A stretch of DNA of 64,000 nt, from the NCBI GenBank assembly GCA_028534125.1, contig CM052816.1, forward strand, positions 54,562,001-54,626,000, in the 5' to 3' direction. Made by a program: the position numbers and the translations under genes. This DNA is from Lama glama. Its lineage: Eukaryota. The notes under the pieces are model-generated. The model made no database searches, was not told the origin of the DNA, and saw only the letters and a program-made list of their open reading frames with translations. Within the stretch, counting starts at the first letter, position 1. The number at the start of each line of letters is the position of its first letter. This document shows, one piece after another, positions 52,503 to 64,000 of the stretch.

Positions 52503-52849
52503 TCCACGATCCTCAGCACCTAGAACAGTTCCTGGCACATAGTAGGTGCTCTACAGGTGTTTATTATATAGAAAAGGTTGATACCCTGGTAAAGAGTAGA
52601 AGCCAGCACTCCTCAAGGTCAATGACAAAAGGCTACAATGGGCCTTGCCCTACCATGTTGATACCTGTTTCATTTGTCCAACCAAGAAGGACCAGCAAAT
52701 ACTTACATCATTCATCTGTTTGTATGGTTTTCATGAAACTTCTTTGCACTATTTTTCATCAACTGTGCCATGCTTTGTCACTATGTGTATGTATATATGT
52801 TGATTTATTGTTGTTTTTTCCCTCACACTTGCTTCAAGGGCTGCCCAGA

Positions 52850-53035
52850 TAGCCTGAGTTCAAATTCCAGCCCTGCTACTCACTGAGTAGCTTGGGAGAG
52901 CTATTCGGGAGTTCTGTCACAGCTTCCTCATCTGTCCTCATCTGTCCTCATCTGTAAATGGGAGGCAGTAATAGTATAGCTTGTTACTCGTAAAGAATTC
53001 AGCATAGCACCTTATACCTACAAGTTCTCAGTGTA
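52850..53035. mobile_element. MIR with triplicated core decamer
   Basis: cctgagttcaaattccagccctgctact...(cctcatctgt)x3 aaatggg. Confidence 0.75.
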
Positions 53036-55744
53036 GAGAAACCACTGTTTTATTCTCTCCAGGTCTCTTCAGGTAAAATTTTGCTTACACTTGTCATTCA
53101 TTTCTAGAACAAAACACATCCAGACCTGTGGTGCATGACCCCCTCACCAGGTCCAAAGTTATTGTCTTTCTTCTTTGTTTATTGTTATTGCTTTAGGGTT
53201 TTTTTGGGGGGTCTTCATCTAGAGAATACAAACATGGGGTCTCACAATACACTCAAGTAATTCAATTAAGCAAATATTTGTGGAACTCATATCAAATGCA
53301 AGGCAATCTTATACAAAGTTCTGAGGGACTTAACTATAACCATGAAACAGTTCTCACTCTTGGGTTTAAACAATAAAGTCTATTGAGCAAGATAGATGAA
53401 CGCATCTCATGATATTCCTATATAAAAATTGGTGAGGAAAGGATTGTTTATAAAAGATTATCACATTGTCATTAATTCCCTCCAAATGCCTCTTATCTAC
53501 TTCACCGCTAACGTCATAATGTTATCCTAAACATCCGTCTCTGACGTTTGCTTCACTGCAGATATGCTCTGGTGAACTGAGAAGTAAATTACATGATCAG
53601 AGATTATGCTGGATGTCAGCTAAAAGAAATGAAGGTTTATTTTCTGATGCAAGAAATAAAGTGACAGTTCCATAAAATAGAATATGTTCTCCTTCCAAGC
53701 TCACAAGGATATAGAGCTATAAAAGGAAGGGCAATTTCATGTTGGCTCTCTGATGAATACCCTGTAAGATTTTACTTTAAATTTTATTTCAAAAAATCTT
53801 TATAGGTCTGTATTGTCAATGCTAATTTGGGAGTTTCACTGTAAGCACTAATTAGTTACTCAAAACCTAAAGTAGCTATGTATAAAATGAGCGGAAATGC
53901 CTTTAAATGAAAAAGTTTTATTACCTATTATTATAATTTTTTTATGAATATCATTAGCATTGTACAATGCTGAGTTCTAAATACAAGCCTTCAGTGGCAG
54001 GTGGTTAGCCAGTAGTCTATAAACTTGGGGGTTTTGAGCGCAAATTCTAGTTTGGTCTTAACTCACGATCAATCCCTCCACAAATCTTTAAGTTTGCCCA
54101 TGTACTAAGTGGAGATACCCATAGTCTCCTGATTCACAGAATCTCTACACATCATAGAGACTAAATAAGACGTATGTGAGTTCTTGATAAAGTGTCAAAA
54201 GAAATACAAAGAGTAGTAATAAGTCACCATACCTATAGAGCACAGCATGTGCACCAAGCCACTTGAGTCATCTCAGTACAGCATCTGTAAATACCATGCT
54301 ATTTTGAACAAAGTATATCCGGAAGATGAAGCTGCTTGTTACAATGGCGTCTAAAGAAAACCCTGTTGACCCATACTATATAACAAATGTTATACAACAT
54401 GTTTAACTTCCCTTAATAATCAAATCCATCACCCAACATATATGACTGCAAGTCTCTCCTGTGACAGCACAGCAGGGGACAAGATAGACAAGGCCCCTGT
54501 CTTCTTGGAGCTTACACCCTGGTGGACAACTCCCTGTTGACTAATCTTTTTCAAGCTTGAATGTGCATATGGATCATCTGAGAATTCGATTTAAATGCAG
54601 ATTCTGATTCACAAGGCCTGGGGTGGGGCCTGAGGGTCTGCTGATCTAGGACACCACTTTTGGTAACAAGGAATTAGGTAGCCAATGTATTAATCTTCCA
54701 AGCAACATGATGCCTTAACTAAATGAAAATACCTTACTTAAGAAAAGAGCCCTTGAGGGCTGGCAATAATTTTCAGAACTTCAGGCAGCTGGTGTTGGCA
54801 GTGGAAGAGGAGACATATATGTGAGCAAATCAACTTTTTGTAACCTCTCAATAAGAGGACTGGCTCAGAAGACACCAGGAAGGGCAAGCGCATATGCGAT
54901 GCTCTGCTCCAGGTTCTCCAGGAGGGAATCTTTACCTAAAGGAAGATTACTTTGATCAACAAGTATACTGATTATACTGATTATATACATCAGGAATTTT
55001 CAACCCTGGTTGCAGCACCTCCAGAGCAATCTCTGGTTGGGGTAGGACCCAGGCATCAGTACTTTTGAAAATTCCCCCAAAAGATTCTAATGTGCATCCA
55101 AGATTGAAAGCCATTATCTTATAGTATGGGGTTTTCAGAACAGTTCTTAGTTCAGGAATTTTTATTTTCTTTCAAGACAAATTATTACATTATAACTAAC
55201 TATGACTTATTTTTGTATACTTTGTTTAATCTTTTTATATACATATATTTGCAAATCAGGTAAACATTCCCTTACATAGAATTTATCCTCATTTTTAGTT
55301 TAGAAAATATGACTACCATATGGAGAAATAATATTTGCAATGTAAATGGAAAACATTTAGTGTCATTGGCACATAATGGGTTCTTTAAAACCTTTAAGGG
55401 AAAGACAATCACTGCAATAGAAAATTGGTCAAAAGAAATGAACAGGCAATTCAAAAAGGAAAAATAAATGAGCGTGACCAACATGCAACTTTTAAAAGTT
55501 TAACCTTATTAATAATGAAAAAGATACAAATGAAAATAATGAGACTCATAAAAGAGAGCAAACAAAAAGTTTGGAAGTAACAAACTATGAAAGGAAAGGG
55601 GAACTAAAAGAAAAGTATTATCAATATCCTTAGAGAAGTAAGAGAATATATTATATTTTTATAACACGAATAAGGTAAGTACTTAAAGGTGTACCTTATT
55701 CACTGGGATCCTTGCTATTAAAGCCTTCAGACACCATAGAATGA

Positions 55745-56285
55745 ACTCATTGCCCTGAGGCCACCATGCTGGGAAGGGGCACATGCAGAGACCATGTGGA
55801 GAGGCCCTGGGAAAAGATGCCAGGCCAGCCCCCAGTTACTCCATCCCCTGATGTTCTGGCTCCAGCCACCATCTGATTGCCACCACAGGAAGACGCTAAG
55901 CCGCAACCTGGCAGTTGAGTCCATCCCAAATCCCTTATACACAGAAACTATGAGTGATAATAAAATGATTTTATAGTTTGAGGGTGATTTTTAAGCCAGT
56001 GATAAATAAACAGAGAATTCAGTGCATGGAAATTGAGTGCTGCCATAACAAAACCCTAAAGCAAGAGTCATTGGCTTTGGGGCGAAGTGCTGTGCAGAAC
56101 TTAAAGGCCCTTGAGAAAACCATTAACAGATGTCTAAAAATAAGAACCAATTCAGAACCACCCCACTGAGTATCTCCCAAATGCCCAACTCACAGTAGCC
56201 TTGAGTTAATACAATGATTATTTTTGTTTTAAGCCTATAAGTGTTTGGATGTTTTGTTACACAGCAGTAGGTAATAAGGACACCC
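55745..56285 (+). mobile_element. MLT1F/G/H-like MaLR LTR and internal fragments
   Basis: gccaccatgctgg...ccagccaccatctgattgc...ttttaagcc...ttgttacacagcagtaggtaa. Confidence 0.65.
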
Positions 56286-57318
56286 CACATCTGATACCAA
56301 ATACTCGACTGATTACTGTTCAGTAGGAGAAGCAGAACCACCATGAGTTACACATAGGATCTGGACGTTAGGTAATTGTGGGAGGTGGTTAAGCAATCTA
56401 TGTAAGGCTGCAGCTTCTGCTTCTGATGTTGGCTTGAAACTGGCACACCCAGCACGTGGGAAAGAAGAATGGATATGAAGCGAGGATGAACTGGAATCTG
56501 TGAGAATAACCTGAAACTCAAGGATGATGAACTGAACAACACACTTGTCTCTCAAGATCCCCTACCTAAATGACGCAGACGACCTGCAGAATAAGCTCCT
56601 GCCCTTCAACACAGAGTTGCACGTCCAGCTGCCTCAGGATTCAGGGACTCCAAAGGAGCCAAAGTTGCTGAAGGCCACGTGCCACCCCACCCTAACGAGT
56701 CAACCAGCTGACTGGTGACAGTATGCAGGAGCTGCAGCAGCACCTGGCTCCACGTCACCCCACAGTGTAACAAAAGCTGCATTTCCACCAGCCATCAATT
56801 CCACACATAAATTTCTCCAGTGACCCAACTCTAACCAAGGGCCATACAGGGAAGGGAATTTCAGGAAATATAGTTCCAGCTCACTTGACACCATGCAAAT
56901 GTACCGCAGGGTCAACCAAATCAATATTAGAAGCACATTTATTGACAAGGGAGATATTTACAAAATATAGTTTAGGAAGAAAAGCGAATTAGAAAACAGA
57001 AAATACAATGTGATTCCATCTTTAACATATTAATAATATTTGTAAGTATAGAAAAAGCTTGGAAGAGTATTAGCGATATTAGTAAAAGTATTATTTCTGC
57101 ATTGATGCAGTTATTCACTTTTATTTTCTTTTATTTTGCTCACCTACTTTTCTTATCCGTCTGTAATCAACCTGCATTATTTATGCTAATTAAGAAAAAG
57201 GTTTTAAAGTGGTTTAGGACTAGGACTGCAGGAAGACATACTCTGGATTTTTTTTTTCTGAGTCATTTTAATCAATTGAAAACTCTGAAATCTATTTGCA
57301 TGAATTCTGAGCTCAAAA

Positions 57319-57319
57319 C

Positions 57320-57348
<29 letters not shown>
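57319..57348. repeat. (CA)n microsatellite
   Basis: About 15 CA units. Confidence 0.95.
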
Positions 57349-57352
<4 letters not shown>

Positions 57353-58477
57353 CTGATTATGAATTAGGAGAGGCAATCTTCCTCAACACCATTCTCTTGT
57401 CAGAAAGAATTCATTTTTCTGAATCAGGGGAAGCTAAGGTGCCAGAGTTCCAAAGACAGAGTAAGCAACCTGGCCTTCTTTATTGTTCGGATGCAATTTC
57501 TGTAGCCCAGAGCTCAGATGTTAACTTTTTCTTTACTTTTCATTCTTTTCTATTCCTGTCAACTCCTTCTTTTTTTTCTTTCTTATTCTATAATCAGCCA
57601 AAATTGTTGCCGGCTTCATTCTTTGTGCGTAACTCTTTCCTGTTGTTTTAATGGCCCCCAAATGGAAATGTTATGATTTTAAGAGACAGAGAATGGTCAC
57701 AGGGATTTTCTGTCCCTTTTTTTCAGTGCCAAGCAGCACCTGGTGAGAATCACATTTTTGTCCTCTTCTTGAAGGTGAAAAACCTCCATTATTTCCATCT
57801 ACACAGTAATCACAATATAAAGCTTCCATCATATAAAGTTCTAAGCCCACTAGAGGCAGGGTGGCTTTGCTAAGTATGAAGTACTTATAAAACTGCACCC
57901 TCCACTGGGTTGTACTGTAACTGAGAATAGCTGTTTGTCCTAGGGAGGTGTGTGTGCGTGTGTGTGTGCTCACGTGTCTGTCTGCAGAGACACACACTTG
58001 CAATACCAAAGTCACCTTTGAACACTTTAAAGAATGCAGGGGCAGGTCCACAGCTTCCACAGGAAGGAGCCCTTGAGTAAACCTAACGTGCCATTGCTCA
58101 TTCTAGATGGTTGTGCTGGGAGCCCTTCCCTTGTAGTATGACTCTTGGCTGGATAATTCCAAATTAGGAAAAAACCCAGCTAAGGACTATTATCAGAAAT
58201 TGTCAGGGAAGGTAAATCAGTCCCAGACTGAGACCATCCCTAACGGTAGTGTGTGAGATTTCCCTGGAGCTGGATGGACATTTGAACTGTGGAAGTCTGG
58301 AGAAGACGCTCCCGTAGAAAGTCCTGGCCTGAACTCTGAGCACGGGGAGGAAATGGAGCCCTCTGAAGGGCTGAATTCTCCGAGAGTTTTTCTTCAGACT
58401 GAAGGAGGAGTCATATTTTCCACAGTTTTCAATTCTTTCCAGCATACCGTTTAATTCCTTTAACTTCCCTCACCCAT

Positions 58478-58926
58478 TGTGTTCATTTTCCAGGGCCGCC
58501 ATAACAAAGTACCACAAAATGCGTGGCTTCCAACAACAGAAATTTATCCTCTCACAGTTCTGGAAGCCAGAACTATGAAATCAAGGTATTGGCATGGCCA
58601 TGCTCCCTCTGAAGGCTCTTAGGGGAATCCTTCCTTGTCTTTTCCTAGCTTGCTGGCAATCTTTGGTAGCTTCTGGCTTCTAACTGCATCACTCCAATGT
58701 CTGCCTCCATTGTTAAATCGGCTTCTTCTTTGTGTGTCTCCTGAGTATCCATGTGTCCTTTGCTTTTATAAAGACATCAGTTGTTGGATTTAAGGCTCAT
58801 CTTAAGCCAGTGTGACCTTGTCTTAACTAATTACATCTGCAAAGAATCTTTTACTAAATAAGATCCCATTCTGAGGTTCCTGGTAGACATGAATTTGGGG
58901 GGGGGGGCACTATTCAACCCACTATA
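58478..58926 (-). mobile_element. MLT1C-like MaLR LTR
   Basis: gggccgccataacaaagtaccacaaa...ctcacagttctggaagccag...attacatctgcaaag...tattcaacccacta. Confidence 0.88.
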
Positions 58927-60726
58927 CCTAGGAAAAACTTCAGCTCAGTGTGGAGATGCTATGGAGGGAAGTGAAAGAGAGAACCGGGAGGGGAAGTGAG
59001 AGCTGCACTGCCCTCCTAGCCCAGGTCTCAGCAGGCATCAGGTGGGACAGAGGCCACAAGTCCCCTGGACCACGACCACAAATGAGAAGGGAGAGTGACA
59101 GGTGGCCGAGATCAGGAAGATGCCTCCGAGAGACCTTGAGACAGCCCCTCTGCCTTCTCCCACACCAAGGCCTTCCCCACAAGCAGTTGCTAAAATGGAA
59201 GTTGTGTTCCTTTTTTTAGTTTTCCATCTATAGTCAAAAATCACTGAAGCTTAACAAATAATGAAGAGTTTCAAACAATCCTGAATAGCTCAGTGTAGAA
59301 GTGTTTGTGTGCCGTTTGGGGTGGAGCTGCTGTTGAGAAGAGATAACTGAGAAGGTGGGTTTCCCTCTCAGGGCAAGTGCATCAGATGTTTGGTTATAAG
59401 TGGTCAGAAAGCATACTTAACAAGATGGGGGTATCGATCAGGAAATAATTCTTTGCTGGAAACAGGGCAGTCTTTTCCAGGAGTAATTAAGATGGTGTCA
59501 CTTGATACCCACTCCAGGGAGAATCACTCTGCCAGCACAACATCATTAACCCGGTATCATGGCAACAGGCTGGTCATAGGTTCTCCCTCTGGAGCTTTCT
59601 TTTATTAATGTGTCTGCAATTCACAAATTACAGCTTGCTCCTTCAGTTGTGTTTCTCCAAACACAAGTGACAAGTGGGAAAAAAAAGTGAGGTCGATTTT
59701 ATCATTTAGCACAAGCCTTCAAGAAAAGCCAAAACAAATAAACCAACCATTGGCTAGTGACACTGAAAGGCAATCTCCCTTCCCCACGCAGGCCCTGGTA
59801 CCCTCGTGGTTCATGGACTGTGGGCACCAGCAACTCTCAGGGGCTGTTGGAAAAAGTAGAGTTTCAGATCCCAACGCAGAGTCAGAATTTGCCCTTTGAT
59901 CCCCAGGAGATTCATAATTCACTTTATTGTTTAAGAAGCACTGCCAAATACAAACTTCCCTTTAAATTATACCACCACCAGCATCTGTGTACAAGGCTTT
60001 TCTCTTTTGAGGCAACATTTTCTTTTTCCTTAGCCTTGGTGACCTGATAAGATTTCACACAAAAAGTAGAGAACAGTCACTGTTTTCTGAAGCAAGAGAA
60101 AGGGTTGGCAGTTCAGCTTATTGTAAGAAGGTGATTCCAGTCTGTGCAGGTATTTTGTCTCCAGGCTTCCCTCATGCCCTGACTAGTTAGGAGGCCTGTC
60201 CCTCTGACCCTGAGCTCACCGGGTCAGCTCAGAGACTGTAGGCTGTGAATCAGGGACCATGTTCCAGCAGTATCAAATGGAGGAGGCTTTGGTCTAGAAA
60301 TGCCGCCTGGAAACTTTGCCAAACAAAAGCTCGAAAGCAAGCTTTGTTTCTTCTAGGCAGGACGCTGGGTCAGGCCTTTACGTTCCCATTCATCATGGCA
60401 ACGAATTTCCTGTCTAAACCTTGACCTAAGAATCAGTGCAAAAATGTTTGGAGAGCCAGAACACCAAGTTTGAAGGACTTTCCTCCATTCCTAACAGATA
60501 TATGAAATATAACAAGCCAGATGCTAGATATCCTGAATTGAGAAAGAAGAAGCAACCCAGATACTTCCATTAAAAAGCAAATTAAAAAAAAAAAACAACC
60601 ATTGAATTATCTACATATATTTTTTCCCAGACGTTGAACTTTTTTTATGTGGGGAGAGGAGGAGGGAACAGGATGGGTTGTAATAGAAGAGGTGAGGCGG
60701 GACTGTAAAACAGAATAAAAAATGAT

Positions 60727-60852
60727 GGGGGGAGAGTATCGCTCAGTGGTAAAGCACGTGTGTAGTATATGCAAGGTCCTGGGTTCAATCCCCAGTACCA
60801 CCATTAAATAAATAAACAAATAAATCTAATTACCTCCCCCCTACAAAAAAAA
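60727..60852 (+). mobile_element. tRNA-derived SINE (Vic-1-like)
   Basis: GCTCAGTGGTAAAG...GGTTCAATCCCCAGTACC; TSD AAAAAATGAT on both sides. Confidence 0.9.
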
Positions 60853-60929
60853 ATGATTGATAATTAGGAATGAGATAAATCAATTTTGCCAGGAATTCAT
60901 CTTGACAAAGGAATATGAATTACTTTCCC

Positions 60930-61140
60930 TAATGGATGTGTAGCTTATGACCTTGTGTAAGTGTTTAACCTCTTTCTTCCTCAGTTCCTTAATTAGTAAA
61001 ATAAAGACAATACTACCTACCTCTCCGGTTGTAGTAAGTGTGTCGTAAGATTGTTGTAAGATTAACTGAGATAATAGATGTAAGCCATTTCACAATGCTT
61101 TGTATTATATAATAAACACTAAATAAATGTTAGACTTATT
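60930..61140. mobile_element. MIR
   Basis: tgaccttg...cctcagttcctt...taaaat...gttgtaagattaactgagataat. Confidence 0.7.
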
Positions 61141-61338
61141 ACTTGTATAGAGATGAAGTTTACCCTGGGACTAAAAGATGTGTTAGTGCAAAAATTTAGT
61201 ATTAATTAAATTAAAATCTACATACATAAAGATGTGAAATGAGGAACTGAGGTACTTTACTAGATTATTTAAGAATAAAAACAAAACAGAACAAAATAAC
61301 TACAAGGGGAGTTAGCAGATGAATCAGGCCCAGGAGAG

Positions 61339-61669
61339 TGACTTAGTCTCTCCAGGCTGGTATAAGAAAAATACCACAGGGTAGGTGGCTAATAACAGCA
61401 AACAATTATTCCTCACAGTTTTGTAGTCTGGGAAAGCCAGGGCCAGGGCGTGAGCAGATTCAGGGTCTGATGAGGACCCTCTTCCTAGATGGCTGTCTTT
61501 TCTCTGTAACCTCAAGTGGCAGAAAGGGAGGGGGGCTCTCTTGGTCCTCTTTTACGAGGACACTAATCCCTGTCTTCTCCCAAAGGCCCCCCCTCAAGGT
61601 ACCATCACACTGGGGGTTAGGATTTCAACATACAAATTTTGAGGGGGACTTAAACATTCAGTCCACAGC
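61339..61669 (-). mobile_element. MLT1A-type MaLR LTR
   Basis: aataccacagggtaggtggct...ccatcacactgggggttaggatttcaacat...aacattcagtccacagca. Confidence 0.85.
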
Positions 61670-62655
61670 AGAGGGGTTACCTTGAATTACTAATTTTGTT
61701 CACTTACATTCATTTAATGAATAGAAGTGATCAGTTATTCACAGCATCTTTATGACATCACTTTCTGAAGTAGTAATTTTCAAGAGACCTCTTTTAAAAA
61801 TCTGTAAAGTCTCTGAGAATATTCGTCTTTTACAACGAGGAGAAACAAAATGCCCACCTACCATCCAGTGGCCCTCTCAGATGTCTGAGGAAAAAAACCT
61901 TCTGAGTTTTTTTCCCCATAATATTCTGTTCTTGTCTCATTACACAGTTACATTCCAGATGTTTCTGCAGCCTTGGGTAGAGCACATTTTATCAATGCCC
62001 TGAGGAAACATATTGTTCATTCATGCACGAGGGAGAGTGCTTTCCAATTAAAGACGTCACATCGGAAGAGTCTTCCAAATTGGTTTCATTGAGAAAAAAT
62101 GAAGGCGGCTAGAAGCCTTTCACTTGAGATTTGACAACAGCCAGAAAACTTTTGTTAATCATGAATGTTAAGTAATAAGATTTAATTAGCACGAGTTATA
62201 AATAGAATATTGCTTGGAATTTACATAGGCATAATCTTCAGTTTCTGTGTAACTGTTGGCTGTTCTTTCTACAGTTCCTCCTAAAAATGGGGCAATGATG
62301 ACTCACAACCATTTGCATCATGGACTTTTCTTTTCAGAAATAGCTTATTTGGGTGAGAGCTGGGTTTTATTTTGGCCCTTTCTTCAACACCTGGTTCTCA
62401 GGTAAGTGGACCAGGTGATGCGGGGAAGGTGGGAGTGAATCTGTTGGTGTCAACTCCTTGGTCCTTTTGTGCTCCTGTATATGAGGTTGGTGTAAATGTG
62501 ACCAGGAAGCCATACAGAACTGTGTGGAGAAGGAAAAGACATAAGCACCTCAGACCCACCACTAGTAAACAGGGATTTAGCAATAGCTTTGCTTATAGCA
62601 CATTATGGCTGGGTCCAAGGCAAAGATTTGCAGAAAAGAAGTTAGTAGTATGTAG

Positions 62656-62924
62656 TGTGTTAGTCAGGATTCTCCAGAAAAGCAGAACCAATGGGATGTT
62701 CCCTTTTCTTTAGGAGACCTCCATTTTTTTTTCTCTTAAGAACTTCAACTGATTGGGTAAACCCCAGCTACATTATAGAGGGTAATCTACACTACTCAAT
62801 GTCTACTGATTTAAGTGTCAGTCTCATCTAAAAAATACCTTCACAGCTACATCTTGACAAGCATTTAACCAAATATCAGGGTAACATGGCCTAGCCAGGT
62901 TGACATACAAAATCAGCCATCACA
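62656..62924 (-). mobile_element. MLT2 (ERVL) LTR, internally deleted
   Basis: tgtgttagtcaggattctccaga...ttcaactgattgg...ggcctagccaggttgacatacaaaatcagccatcaca. Confidence 0.85.
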
Positions 62925-63742
62925 TTTGGTCATGCTGAGAATTGGAATTAAGACTGACTGGTTATCAGATCCTTAGACAAATGCCCTAAAATCACCTTGA
63001 AGGGTGTGTTTTGATAAAGGAGTAAGGACCAGAAACCTTTCAGTGTCGCTGAAGTCTGGCAGAAACCCTGTGTGATAGCAGTGTTTCATGCTTAATTCTA
63101 GTAACAGCCTCGAGCAGGTGGTGCAGTAATGAAGTGGGCAGGCTCCGAGGTCCGATCCCTGGAGCCTGCATCCTGACTGTTGCTTTCTGTGTGATTGGAC
63201 GCAACTCACTTTCATTTCTCTCTGCTTCAGTTTCTCCTTTTATAAAACGGAGATAGGTTTAAATGTTCTGATTCATGGGAAGTTTATAGAACGGTGCTAG
63301 AAACTTACTAAGTATTCAATAAATATTAATTTTTTTATTACTTAAGTTAAGAATAAAGCCAAACATTTTCTTAATGTTTGACCATCTTAGGAACAGTTTT
63401 GTTGTTGTTGTTGATTTTGCTTCTTAGCCTTAGAGAAAGTTATGCCAGCCTCACCCTTTCCTGCCTATATCCTGGGGTTGGCATTTCAGTGTCCCCTAAG
63501 GGGCACTCATTGTAAGCAAGCTGTTTTTCATCAGGAAGGCCAAGAGAGGAAAGATTTGCAGAGACTCCTGTTAGAAAGCCCAGACATGATGGGTGGAAGA
63601 TTAGCTTTCACCGAGCAGGTGTCAAGGTGGGGCAACAATTTTATGAACCCTGCAAATAAACCACCCCATTTCAATGAATTGATGTAGCAGTAAGACCACT
63701 CTAAGAAAAAAAAATCTAACAATTTCATGTTACAAAAACATT

Positions 63743-64000
63743 AAATGGCCATACTACCCAAAGCAATCTACACATTTAATACAATCCGTATCAAATTACC
63801 CTGGATATTTTTCACAGAACTAGAACAAATAATCCTAAAATTTATATGGAATCACAAAAGACCCAGAATTGCCAAAGCAATACTGAAGAGAAAGAATGAA
63901 GCTGGAGGAATAACCCTCCCAGACTCCAGACAAAACTACTAAGCTACAGTAATCAAAAGAGCATGGTACTTGTACTGAAATAGATATACAGATCAATGGA
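63743..64000 (+). mobile_element. L1 ORF2 fragment, 5'-truncated and defective, runs off the window end
   Basis: [60 protein letters not shown] is typical post-RT L1 ORF2; in-frame stops follow. Confidence 0.93.

Noticed and set aside
34200..64000. CRHBP exons or another neighbouring coding gene
   Set aside because: No recognisable coding exons; the longer ORFs (46065-46606, 50947-51574, 57671-58060, 62372-62713) lie in LTRs or show no domain features
1..64000. CRISPR arrays, operons or other prokaryotic/viral systems
   Set aside because: Sequence is intron-containing mammalian DNA; no regularly spaced repeat-spacer array or intact retroviral gene seen

Overview
Mammalian genomic DNA, most likely a camelid (inferred from four tRNA-derived SINEs resembling the camelid Vic-1 family and cetartiodactyl-type L1 3' ends). 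The window holds one complete protein-coding gene, AGGF1, on the minus strand. It has 14 coding exons between 33356 and 6930, all GT-AG introns with consistent phases, totalling 2145 nt = 714 aa + stop (N-terminal coiled coil, OCRE, FHA and G-patch domains). A CpG-island promoter lies at ~33.1-33.95 kb and a 500-N assembly gap sits in intron 1. The remaining ~30 kb upstream and ~5 kb downstream are intergenic and repeat-rich (L1, L2, MIR, MaLR/ERV LTRs, MER5/MER33, Tigger). Nearly all other ORFs in the track are chance or repeat-derived. I see no convincing novel biological system. The best leads are a frame-preserving 174-nt candidate cassette exon in AGGF1 intron 4, a strong-Kozak uORF in the AGGF1 leader, a composite L1 (5'UTR + captured polyadenylated fragment + 3' end) in intron 5, and a Tigger transposase relic that keeps a PIP-box-like motif. 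Repeat family names come from recall of consensus sequences, not from a database search, and repeat boundaries are approximate unless a TSD is quoted.
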